A stretch of DNA of 62,435 bases, filler included, from Pirum gemmata (lineage: Eukaryota): NCBI GenBank assembly GCA_002812295.1. It is 23 parts of 23 records of this genome, joined end to end, with 100 filler letters (N's around TTAATTAATTAA, not from the genome) between each part and the next. Parts side by side here need not be neighbours in the genome. Positions count along the whole stretch, not along the records: positions 1 to 2,231 come from PDIN01007681.1; positions 2,332 to 4,533 come from PDIN01007682.1; positions 4,634 to 6,811 come from PDIN01007683.1; positions 6,912 to 10,917 come from PDIN01007684.1; positions 11,018 to 13,214 come from PDIN01007685.1; 18 more parts are not named here. One strand, given 5' to 3'. This document shows positions 1-11,364 of the stretch, in pieces (position 1 is the stretch's first letter; each line of letters begins with the position of its first letter). The translations under genes and the position numbers were made by a program. The notes under the pieces were generated by a model. It did not search any database, was not told the DNA's origin, and worked only from the letters and a program-made list of their open reading frames with translations.

Positions 1-123
1 AGTAATATTAATAATAATAATATTAATAATAATAATATGAATAATAATAATAATAATGAATAATAATAATTCGTTTATTATTAATAATAATATTATTATT
101 AAAAATATTAACTTTTAATCAGT

Positions 124-1659
124 TTAAAATCCATTATATAGTTTAATCAGTTCTATATGACCATCCATATCGATATCACAAGCGACAAGATAGTTCAATG
201 ATAGAATAGGTTTTAGATCAGTAATATTTGAACACCGTAATAAATTTATATGGGAAAGATAAGTCAATGTTTGAATTGGTTTTAGATCAGTAATACCAAC
301 ACAACTATCTAACATTAAATAGTTAAGTTTAGTCAATGTTTGAATTGGTTTTAGATCAGTAATACTTCTACAATTTTTTAAGTCTAATGTGATCAGATTA
401 GTCAATGTTTGAATTGGTTTTAGATCGGTAATACCAAGACAATGACCTAATTTTAACGAGTGAAGATTAGTCAATGTTTGAATTGGTTGTAGATCAGTAA
501 TACTTTTATAAAACGTTAAATCTAAACTTTTCAGATTAGTCAAATATTGAATTGGTTTTAGATCAGTAATACTTTTACAACTTGTACAACTATTAGACAT
601 TGTTTGAAGAGCTTCAAATGCAAATTGATTACAAATATCAGTTTCAGCAAAAAAATTACGATTACTTAAATTTAAGTAGACAAGATTAGTCAATGATTGA
701 ATTGGTTTTATATCAGTAATACTACAACAATTACTTAAATCTAAAACGGTAAGATTAACCAATGATTGGAGTGGTTTTATATCAGTAATATTAAAACAAC
801 CTCGATCACGATGACTTAAATTTAAGTATTTAAGATTAGTCAATGATTGAATTGGTTTTATATCAGCGATACCAGAACAATTCCATAAATTTAACACGGT
901 AAGATTAGTCAATGTTTGGAGTGGTTTTAGATCAGTAATCTCTTTGCAATAACTCACACTTAATTTGTTAAGATTAGTCAGTGATTCAATTGGTTTTAGA
1001 TCAGTAACTTTTGTACAATTGTTTACTTGTAAACAGGTAAGATTAGCCAATGATTCAATTGGTTTTATATCAGTAATTTTTGTACAATCTTTTACTTGTA
1101 AGCAGGTAAGATTAGCCAATGATTCAATTGGTTTTATATCAGTAATCTCATGGCAATAACTTAAAGTTAAGTGGATAAGATTAGTCAATGATTGGAGTGG
1201 TTTTATATCAGTAATTCCATCACAATAAAATAAACATAAATTTGTAAGATTAGTCATTGATTGAATTGGTTCCAGATGAGTAATATTTAAACAATTCTTT
1301 AAATCTAAATATAAATATTTAAGATTAGTCATTGATTGAATTGGTTCCAGATTAGTAATATTTACACAATTAGTTAAACTTAAATTTTTAAGATTAGTCA
1401 TTGATTGAATTGGTTCCAGATCAGTAATATATTCATTACTTAAAAATAAATTTGTAAGAGTAGTCAATAATCGAAGCGGCTGTACATTAGGGTTGCTAAA
1501 ACTAATTACAAGATGTTTCAGTTTAGTTAATGCTTGAAGTAGATCTAAATCAATTTCTTCTTCGATGTCTTCTTTAAGACAAATGAATCTGAAATATTCC
1601 AGATTGCCCAAATTGTATATGAACCCAAAATCAATAACAGGTGAGCCATTCATCATCAC
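124..1659 (-). CDS. Leucine-rich repeat protein (about 19 Cys-containing ~23-aa LRRs); probably the 3' part of a gene that begins at 2113
   Basis: Repeated LTNLxxLxLxxCxxITDLKPIQS units and a matching ~69-bp DNA periodicity; no introns seen; overlaps the upstream ORF by 29 nt. Confidence 0.9.
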   Translation of the reverse strand: MMMNGSPVIDFGFIYNLGNLEYFRFICLKEDIEEEIDLDLLQALTKLKHLVISFSNPNVQPLRLLTTLTNLFLSNEYITDLEPIQSMTNLKNLSLTNCVNITNLEPIQSMTNLKYLYLDLKNCLNITHLEPIQSMTNLTNLCLFYCDGITDIKPLQSLTNLIHLTLSYCHEITDIKPIESLANLTCLQVKDCTKITDIKPIESLANLTCLQVNNCTKVTDLKPIESLTNLNKLSVSYCKEITDLKPLQTLTNLTVLNLWNCSGIADIKPIQSLTNLKYLNLSHRDRGCFNITDIKPLQSLVNLTVLDLSNCCSITDIKPIQSLTNLVYLNLSNRNFFAETDICNQFAFEALQTMSNSCTSCKSITDLKPIQYLTNLKSLDLTFYKSITDLQPIQTLTNLHSLKLGHCLGITDLKPIQTLTNLITLDLKNCRSITDLKPIQTLTKLNYLMLDSCVGITDLKPIQTLTYLSHINLLRCSNITDLKPILSLNYLVACDIDMDGHIELIKLYNGF

Positions 1660-2113
1660 AGTATTTATCGCGTGTCATTGCGTAAGCCATAGTTAGTGTC
1701 CTAACACTACTACCGTAATCTGCAATAAATCTTTCAAAGCGTTCATATTTACTTGGTTTTAGCATTTCTTTCTTTACAATTTTTTCAAGCTGTTTAATTT
1801 CTTCTTCATATGTAGCTATATCCTCTTCAGCCATCTCTATAAGATCTCGTTTACCTTCAATTTTTTGTTTAAGAGATTCAATTTTTGCTTCGACAAAATC
1901 GATTTGACTTTCACCTTCACCCCCTTCATAAACACCAACATCGTTACTGTACACATGGCGAACCACATCAGAACAATCCAGGTTAGTTAAGTTTTGTAAC
2001 AATAGAAACTTCGCATTTTTCGAAGTCAACAATATGTTGAGAGCTGTTTTACAAAAAAATTTAGTATGTTTTAACAAGAGACCTAAAACGACCTGATTAC
2101 TTTTTACTTTCAT
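1631..2113 (-). CDS. N-terminal part of the LRR gene (possible F-box-like start plus coiled coil), frameshifted relative to 124..1659
   Basis: 160-aa ATG-started ORF with heptad-like IESLKQKIEGKRDLIEMAEEDIATYEEEIKQLEKIV; it ends inside the start of the LRR ORF. Confidence 0.6.
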   Translation of the reverse strand: MKVKSNQVVLGLLLKHTKFFCKTALNILLTSKNAKFLLLQNLTNLDCSDVVRHVYSNDVGVYEGGEGESQIDFVEAKIESLKQKIEGKRDLIEMAEEDIATYEEEIKQLEKIVKKEMLKPSKYERFERFIADYGSSVRTLTMAYAMTRDKYCDDEWLTCY

Positions 2114-2150
2114 AATTATTACTATTGCGTATACTATCTTTTATATTCAA

Positions 2151-2184
<34 letters not shown>

Positions 2185-2231
2185 GTTATTATTATTATTA
2201 AGACTATTATTATTATTATTATTATTATTAT

Positions 2232-2331
2232 NNNNNNNNNNNNNNNNNNNNNNNNNNNNNNNNNNNNNNNNNNNNTTAATTAATTAANNNNNNNNNNNNN
2301 NNNNNNNNNNNNNNNNNNNNNNNNNNNNNNN
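2232..2331. other. Artificial contig linker N-TTAATTAATTAA-N (first of about 22)
   Basis: Same 12-mer (stops in all six frames) inside N runs near 2276, 4578, 6856, 10962, 13259, 15589, 17919, 20250, 22553, 26030, 28323, 33418, 35689, 37987, 41325, 43614, 47321, 49629, 51958, 54221, 56500 and 60231. Confidence 0.97.
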
Positions 2332-2368
<37 letters not shown>

Positions 2369-3418
2369 ATCAACTATCATACTGAAAAAAAAAATAGAAA
2401 AATCCTGAAAAAAATCAGTAAAAAATCGTCTTGTTTTAGCTTTTTTGGACTCTTTGTAGTTTAGACTATGATAGTTGTCTAGCTAGCTAGCTAGTAGTTA
2501 GTAACTAGACTATCTGATAGTAGTATCCCAGGATAGTACTATGATAATAATAGTTATAATAATTATATACTGTAGGTATTATCACTGTATTATCGATATT
2601 ATAATAATTATCGAACCTACTATTAATTTAAGCTAACTCTATCAATAGTAGTAGTATGTCATAGAGACTAGAGTCCCTGGAGTATAATACTCTTGATATA
2701 TTATACCCTATAGACTACTAAACTACTATCATAATATCGTAATCATGATAGCTATGATAGCCTAGGTAGTTTTGGTGTCTCTGTAGAGTTGGTGTAAACA
2801 GTAGACCACCACTTTTGGTCTCATGGTTTTTGTATTCATACTGTTTTTGTACACAAGTATATATGATAAATATCAAGCTAGCTAGCTAGGGGGTATGAAT
2901 CCCCCATATGACAATATATCCTATCGATATACACTATATATACCTATCGATATCGATAGATACTATGAGTCTCTATGAGTCTATATATCGATCAACAATT
3001 TTTTTATAAAAATATTGCCTTTTTGTAAAAATTTAATAAAAAAATCAAAAAGAAAGATTATCTGTTGAAAGACGATCTGACATGATAGACTAGCTAGAGT
3101 CTAGACTACATCTGAAGTGTGGACCGAGTCACCAGATGGTCCAGTGTGTTTACTGTCTAGCTACTAGCTAGATCTACTGGCTAGAGTCAAGCATTTTAAT
3201 CCTGAGCAATATAATAAACTACACTGTAGCTACAGTCTACTGTCTACAACTTGTCTACACTACATTTCTATATTTTTTCAAAACAGATATGGATAAGGAT
3301 AATTGTATGATAACTAAGTCACGTTATTAAAAAAAAAACAAGTATGATAGCTAAATATTGTTAACTTGCGACTTATAAAGTAATAGTATCTTATTAATTA
3401 AAATAGTAATTATTGGTC

Positions 3419-3517
3419 ATTAGGGTTAGGGTTAGGGGTTAGGGTTAGGGTTAGGCTAAGGTTAGGGTTAGGGTTAGGGTTAGGGTTAGGGTTAGGGTTA
3501 GGGTTAGGGTTAGGGTT
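3419..3517 (+). repeat. Interstitial telomere-type (TTAGGG)n array
   Basis: Direct reading. Similar arrays near 19558, 24020, 38560, 42790, 45410, 46583, 46980, 48028 and 58599. Confidence 0.9.
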
Positions 3518-3937
3518 GGTAATACTATGGTCTTGGTAATGGTAATTAATGGTATTAAATGGTTCTTCCTTAGCTGGATAAAACTACTATCATAGACCTA
3601 TAAAACTGTACAAATCATTTTTTTTTTTTCAACTTCTTTTCAGAGTCAGACTTCTTTTCTAAAAATCTTTTTTTTGTGTAGACCTGGTATGGTATTATTG
3701 ATACAAAATAGCCAAATTATTTTTAAAAACTGGCTATTGGTTCATAATAGAGTTTTCTTAGTTAGAAGATTTCTCAAGTTTTGGTAGTACTTTCATTAAA
3801 ATTGGAGCATTTTGACATTTTTTGGATTTTTCACGTTCAACATTTTTATCCAGCTGCTGGTAGATATGACAATATGATAGGATGATTTGGTTTTCAATCA
3901 GAGGGGGGTTTTTTTTTTTTTTTTTTCTTTTTTGTTT

Positions 3938-3981
<44 letters not shown>

Positions 3982-5135
3982 GTGTGAAAATTTGAAAAAA
4001 AGCTCTGAAAAATGGCAAATGGCCAATACTTCTAAAGATGAAAGAATGATCTTTAATTTGGTACTATTTAATTAGATTTACATTATTATAAAGCACCAAA
4101 TTAGTTAAAAATGGCCGATAGTTTTTTATAAGTATAATTTGGTAGCTAGTTCGGCTAATTTGGTATGTTTATTTTAGCTTTAACTATTAATTACTTACAC
4201 AGAGTTCTTACAGTGTTCTTAGTCTACTTTACTTTTTTTTTTTTTTTTTTTTTTTTAAAGAACGTTAGCAAAGAGGCATTAATTAAAATTATCTAGTTAA
4301 CTAATGTTTATGCATCATGTGACTCTCCGGATTTAATTAAAAAATAAAATAAAAAGCTAATCTAGAGCTTAAAAAACAAGCAAACTTTGTTATTGAATTT
4401 TCTTCATAACATCATTATTACCCAAGCCATGCCTTTCTTATACTTTTTTTATCCATATTTTATTGCGTCTATTTTTTTCCTTTTTTTCAGTATTTTTTTT
4501 TTTTTTCTAGTCCACCCTGGGGAGTCTATATATNNNNNNNNNNNNNNNNNNNNNNNNNNNNNNNNNNNNNNNNNNNNTTAATTAATTAANNNNNNNNNNN
4601 NNNNNNNNNNNNNNNNNNNNNNNNNNNNNNNNNTTGTTGTTGTTGTTGTTGTTGTTGTTGTTGGTCTATTATTGATATTATTATGATAATTTTATAACTA
4701 TTATCATGATTAATATCAGATATATTATCATTATAATACCCCTAACCCTAACCCTTGTTAGCTACTAGCTAGCTAGCTAGCATATTATGAAAATCGCCCA
4801 CACAGCCTTATCTACTACAGCTAGAGCATACATATTATTATAAATGGGTATTTTTAAAAATATTTATTACTTAACAAAATGGGCCAAATTACTCTTTTGT
4901 ATCTAATTAAAGTGATAAACTGCCCGTTTGGTAGATTTTAGTAGTTAGCTAGGCCTAGCTAGTTAGACCCCCAGTTAGACTAGTCTGGTAGACCTAAGCT
5001 GGAGGTAGACCCCAGGCGGTAGACTCTAGGCGGTAGACTAGTAGTCCTAGCTAGGGCGGTCTCGCTAGGGCGGTAGTCTTTAGAAGAGGTAGACCGGGGG
5101 GTCCTAGACCAGGGTCTAACTCAGGGGTCTAGCTA

Positions 5136-5256
5136 GGGTCTGAGAAGCCTAGCTAGCTAGGGTCTGAGAAGCCTAGCTAGCTAGGGTCTGAGAAGCCTAG
5201 CTAGCTAGGGTCTGAGAAGCCTAGCTAGCTAGGGTCTGAGAAGCCTAGCTAGCTAG
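5136..5256 (+). repeat. 24-bp minisatellite, 5 copies (GGGTCTGAGAAGCCTAGCTAGCTA)
   Basis: Identical units starting at 5136, 5160, 5184, 5208 and 5232 with no spacers. Confidence 0.9.
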
Positions 5257-5509
5257 TGTCTACCGGTAACCCTACCGGTAGTTGTTTTGTCATCATAAAA
5301 TATACAATAAAGAGTACCAAATTAATACAATATCAATCCATTTTATTTAATTTGGTATATTTTACTATCCATTTATTCATTTAACAATATCATTTAAAAA
5401 ATTATAACCAACCAAATAAATATTCGGAGTGGCAAAATAATTGGAAACCACAGTGTGATTATAATTGTTATGATATTATTATAATATAGTCTATATCTTC
5501 CCACATCAA

Positions 5510-6811
5510 TCATAAAGTCATAATCATAATCATAACCATAATCATAATCATAATCATAATCATAATCATAATCATTATAATCATAATCATATAATCATAA
5601 TCATAATCATAATCATAATCATAATCATTATTATGTATAGTCTATTCTTTTAATCATATAATCATAAAGTCATAATCATAATCATAATCATAATCATAAT
5701 CATAATCATATAAGCATAAGCATAAGCATAAGCATAAGCATAAGCATAAGCATAAGCATAAGCATAAGCATAAGCATAGGCATAAGCATAAGCATAAATC
5801 ATAAGCATAAATCATAAGCATAAATCATAAGCATAAATCATAAGCATAAATCAAGCATAAGCATAAATCAAGCATAAGCATAAGCATAGGCATAGGCATA
5901 AGCATAGGCATAAGCATAGGCATAAGCATTAGCATTAGCATAAGTATAAGCATAAGCATAAGCGTAAGCATAAACACAAACATAAGCATAAGCATAAGCA
6001 TAATTATAATTATAATTATAAATGTAATCATAATTATAATCACAATTATAATCATAATCATAATCATAATCATAATCATAATCATAATCATAATCATAAT
6101 CATAATCATAAGCATAAGCATAAGCATAAGCATAAGCATAAGCATAAGCATNCATAAGCATAAGCATAAGCATAAGCATAAGCATAAGCATAAGCGTAAG
6201 CATAAGCATAAGCATAAGCATAAGCATATGCATAAGCATAAGCATAAGCATAAGCATAAGCATAAGCATAAGTATAAGCAAAATCAAAATCATAATTATA
6301 ATTATAATAATAATCATAATCATAATCATAACCATAATCATATTCATATTCATATTCATATTCATATTCACATTCATATTCATATTCATAATCATATTCA
6401 TAATCATAATCATAATTATTATCATAATCGTATTCATATTCATATCCATATTCATATTCATAATACATAATCATAAACATAATCTTAATCTTAATTATAA
6501 TTATAATTATAACCATAATTTATAATCATAATCATAATCATAATCATAATCATAATCATAATCATAATCATAATCATAAAACAATATTCATAAAATCATA
6601 ATAAAATCATAATCGTAATCATAATCATAATCACAATAATTATCATAATTATAACCATAAACCTACTACCATAATAATAATTATAACAGTAATAAATAAC
6701 GATAATACTCATACTCATACTCATACTCATACTCATACTCATACTCATACTCATAATCAAAACCGTATTCATAATCAGAATCAGAATCATAATCATAATC
6801 ATAATCATAAT
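5510..6811. repeat. Compound hexamer microsatellite (ATAATC, ATAAGC, ATATTC, ATACTC)
   Basis: About 1.3 kb of hexamer units differing by single substitutions; source of the ML/YD/HK dipeptide ORFs. Confidence 0.95.
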
Positions 6812-6926
6812 NNNNNNNNNNNNNNNNNNNNNNNNNNNNNNNNNNNNNNNNNNNNTTAATTAATTAANNNNNNNNNNNNNNNNNNNNNNNNNNNNNNNNN
6901 NNNNNNNNNNNAATAAATAATAAATA

Positions 6927-6957
<31 letters not shown>

Positions 6958-6992
6958 TCTTACAGTATACAAAAATAATAATAAACACTTAC

Positions 6993-7187
6993 GCCGCCTT
7001 TATTACGATTATTAAATAAAGCAATTTTGTTTCCCTTTTTCACTACACAGGCTGAATGAATTCCTCGGTCTTTGTAGTTTTTATACGGGCAAGGGACCCT
7101 TGCACATTCACTGTAGGAATAAAATTTTACTGCATTTATGGAACTAAACAAGGCTTGCAATAAAGCAAAAGCTGATGTGATTTTCAT
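6993..7187 (-). CDS. First exon of a small, probably secreted Cys-containing protein
   Basis: ATG plus signal-peptide-like MKITSAFALLQALFSSINA; mature part CARVPCPY...SACVV; GTAAGT donor at 6992. Confidence 0.6.
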
Positions 7188-9221
7188 GATACTTGGTTTT
7201 CAATACAACTTATATATTTGTTCTTTCCTTTAGTTTTTGTTTTTTGTTTTTCGTTTTTTGTTTTTTGTTTTTTGTTTTGTTTTTGTTTGGATTTTTTTGT
7301 TTCTGTTTTTTGTTTTTGTAGTTTGGGTTTTTTTTATATTATTATACAATAAATTATATTGTAAAAAATGTAAAAGTATATTTATTTCAAAAATTTTGTT
7401 AAAAAAAAAAACATTGATAAAAACCTTCCACAAAAATTTTTAATAAAATTATTCCATTTATGATATCATAAATATTATAGGTATTTTTTAAAAAAATGAA
7501 TTGCAGTAAAGCATGAGAATAAAGGGTATGATAAAAATAATGATAAATTATGCCGTCTGAAAATTATTATTATCATATATAATTATTATGTAATAATAAT
7601 GGTTATGATATTGATAATATGATATAAAAATGATAATGATATAATGATAATGATAATGGTAATGATAATGATAATGATAATGATAATGATAATGATAATG
7701 ATAATGATAATGATAATGATAATGATAATGATAATGATAATTATAATGATAATGATAATCATAATCATAACGAGGTTTGGCGAGATAAACCCTGATACTT
7801 TAGAGCAAAAATATCTTAATTAATAATAGTATTAGTGTGCAATAAAAACGAAAAGCAAATTAATTAAGCTTGTACCGTTTAGTGTACTGATGAATAATTC
7901 CAATAAAACTTTTAATTGTGGTTTTAAATAAAATATTCATAATCGTGTTATTATCATTTTTTTAAAAAAATAAAAAAAATTGTTTCCTTATATCGTTACT
8001 ACTTCAAAAATACAATAAGAAACAGTTTTTTAAATAACCCTGTTCTTAAAAAAATGTAATCACTAATTTTATAAATAAAAAAACATTGCTACTTAATTAC
8101 AGCCCCACCCTCCCCTCCACCACCACACCCAGAACGAACTATGATGTAATTGATAAACTGGTGTATTTTGTATCGTTTGCGCAGACTAGCCATGTTACAT
8201 ATTTGAGGTCTACCTCGCATTGTAAGCTTAATAAAAACCATTTGGAATGAAAGATAAAAACTATCTGCTGAACTGTCTCTTTTATTAACGCTAATTTACA
8301 ATTACGAAAATCAATCATCCCAAATAGTAGACTAAACTCTTTTGAATTTATAGAGAAAGCTTTCGATTTAACAATATAATATTATATAGTATGATAGTCT
8401 AGATGATGCTTTTGGCTACATCAGATTCCCTACTACTAGTAATCCGAAAACGCTACAGACTTTATCGGCACCTATTTATTATCATACCAGGTATCAGATA
8501 TTGATATCAACACTATACCAAATTATCAACTATATTGCTTTTCAGCGTTCACACACTGAGCGAACGTTCACAGGTGTTTTGTCATCAGTCACATGATCAG
8601 TGAAAGAATAAATGAAAGCCATAGGCTGCTGTGTGTGATAAAAGTAACCAAATGCAGTCCAAACTCCAAACGCTATCCTATCAATGAGGCTATCATCCCT
8701 TAGCAATATCTAGCTATCGTGTTTTTCATTTATTTTTTTCACTTTGAATATTTATTTGGTTGATTATGATATTTAAATTGGCCTTTTTAAAATGAATAAA
8801 TAGATAATAAAATATACCAAATTAAATGAAATGGATTTATGTAGTATTAATTTGGTAGTTTTTATTGTATATTTTATGATATTTATAGTTATAAAAATAT
8901 CATAGCTTACATTTATATGATTGGCTAGCTAGCTGGGCCTTTCCCAATTCTGCTCAAACCTGAAAACTCGAATTTCTGCTGTCAAAAAAAAGCCAAAATT
9001 CAGCTCCGTTCGAAAATTTTTTTTTTTCGTATTTTTCGGATTTATTAATAAATANATTATTATTATTATTAGCATTATTATTTTTATCGTTACTATTACT
9101 ACTCTCCAATAAGTTATTTCTTGGGAGTTTTTGGGTCTACAGGCAAAAAAGTAGATAGCTAGCTAGAGAGAAAGTAGGAGAAACTCAGGAAACCATGAGA
9201 ACATTTTTTGGAAAATTTAAT

Positions 9222-9407
9222 TATCGTGCTTTTCAGTTGTTTTGTCATCATAAAATATAAAATAAAAAGTACCAAATTAATACCATATAAATCCATTTCA
9301 TTTAATTTGGTATATAATATTATCTATTTATTCATTTAAAAATGTCAATTTAAATATTATAACCAACCAAATAAATATTCAGAGTGACAAAAAATGAAAC
9401 GCACTAT
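9222..9407. mobile_element. MITE family A (~180 bp; TIR TATCGTGCTTTTCA...TGAAAAGCACGATA), exemplar copy
   Basis: Near-identical copies in both orientations at about 5280, 8715, 17555, 23150, 41602, 41822, 50498, 55925, 56143, 57212 and 60107; internal inverted TACCAAATTAA/TTAATTTGGTA motifs. Confidence 0.85.
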
Positions 9408-10552
9408 AATTTCTAAATAAGATAACCAAAAATGCCATACCTGGTAATTTTTACTAAAAATCCTAATACAATAAATACAATGCAAAAAATGAGTGACCAC
9501 TGACCAGCCAGAACTCAGAGCTAAGTAAGAACTCGGAGTTTTATTTAAAAATTTCAAGCAATCAAAAACCCCGAAAATTCTTTAAAAGGATAAAAGATAA
9601 AAGGAGAAAAGCGACTAGAAAGTGACGTTATAAGAAGGCAATCTACCTAATTATCCACTAATCATCATCAATACTTAGTAAATATTAGATTATTTTACTA
9701 ATCTCTTTGGATTTACAGCTTTTTGATTAGCTAAATTCTGATTACAAATAATCCTAGCCAATATTATTTTAATAAATCGTTATAAATTCTTACAAATTCT
9801 GACCAATGTCTGGGCGACTTTCCTGCTATATTCATGATTATCATAATAAAACATCTAAGGCCAGCAAAACTGTCTAGCAAAACTGTAAATGGAACGAAAT
9901 ATATGCGTACCTTAGGCTTAGCCTAGCTTGACTATACTTGATTACTCGTATAACAATTTGGAAGTCATTAGATTACCTCTTTTTATGAGTCTTGATAGAG
10001 GGTCTATATAATTATATATTAATAAAAAAGGAATAACAATTAACATTTTTAATAGCTAGGGTGCCATTACTCTATTAATACTATGTGATAACTATCAACT
10101 AAGTACCTAGCAAAACGGCAACGTTTCTATGTATGTATGTGTGTGTGTGTTTATTTATTTGTTTTTGTTTGTATTGGTGGGTGGGTGGGTGTAAAGTACG
10201 AGTCTGTGTATGTATGTATGTATTTATGTATAATATGTATGTATGACATTGTATAATATTTTAAAAGTATGTATGCATGGCATTGTATGTATGCATAATA
10301 TTATATTAGGTATATAGTATTATGAGTGTATTTATTGTTTATTTATTTATTTTAGTTATTTAGCTAGTTAGTTATTTATTTATCAAACTGGGCGTGTTTT
10401 ATTAAATGCTACTCACTAGGTGATATTATACGAACAGGAAATACTATACGCTATATTATATAATATGGAATTGATTTTCACTATAACCTGAATGTAATCA
10501 ACGATACATTTTTCACATGCACGTACACAACCGACCTACTGTGACTCAACAA

Positions 10553-10917
10553 TTATCTGGATCTGGGGCTTGCACTACAATACTTCCAACCATCATGTTT
10601 GGTTTTACACCATAGACCTGGACAGCAACTTCCACCTTTACCACAATATCCTTTATGAGCTATACAGCTCCCATTCCCTTTCCAAGGCTGAGCTTTTGAC
10701 GGGCTTCCTCCGCTACTATAGCTACCACCAGCTTGTTTTATACAGAAACCCTTTAAATTTTCAGTCCACGCACCTCGAAAAGTCATTTTTTGCATTTGAC
10801 TGGCAGTGTAATATCGAGCTGAGCCTTTGGTTCTTTCTCCAGACTGGACTTCGTTAAACCCTTTCCCTGAGTATTCACTTCGAGGAGTACAGATAAATAT
10901 ATTTTTATGACCACGTA
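10553..10917 (-). CDS. 5'-truncated gene ending in a G/S/P linker and a CBM1/knottin-like 6-Cys module
   Basis: The frame stays open from the contig edge (RGHKNIFICTPRSEYSGKGF...) into the listed 80-aa ORF; C-terminus CIAHKGYCGKGGSCCPGLWCKTKHDGWKYC has C-C-CC-C-C spacing. Confidence 0.7.
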
Positions 10918-11364
10918 NNNNNNNNNNNNNNNNNNNNNNNNNNNNNNNNNNNNNNNNNNNNTTAATTAATTAANNNNNNNNNNNNNNNNNNNNNNNNNNN
11001 NNNNNNNNNNNNNNNNNCTAACCCTAACCCTAACCCTAACCCTAACCCTAACAAATGTCCATAAAACAAAATATTTTTACATTGAATTTGGATTACCGGT
11101 TTATAATTATCAACTATTGGGTACAAGTAATAGGGGTTGAACAAAAAACATACACATGTTCACCCACACCCAATATAATACGAAACACCATATTTGCACT
11201 ATTATAGAGAAAAACTGTTGTAACTAAGAAAAACAAAAATTGGCATTGTTTATATTGTTTATTTTGCTTGTATCATTGAAATCAAACAAATATTAAATTT
11301 CTTTCCCTACTTAATTTTCTTCCTTTCTTTTGTTATAATGGTATAATAATTGTTACACCTTGTG

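Noticed and set aside
5136..5256. CRISPR-like array
   Set aside because: The 24-bp units are contiguous, with no spacers and no cas genes.
5825..6808. Dipeptide or homopolymer ORFs (also near 19075-19449, 20888-21344, 26251-26829, 30144-30449, 32156-33425, 38436-39152, 43618-44065, 47867-48442, 61172-61551)
   Set aside because: Translations of microsatellites or telomeric repeats that are open in several frames.
8933..9053. Segment shared in reverse with about 55325-55470
   Set aside because: A real dispersed repeat, but with two copies and no definable ends it cannot be classified.
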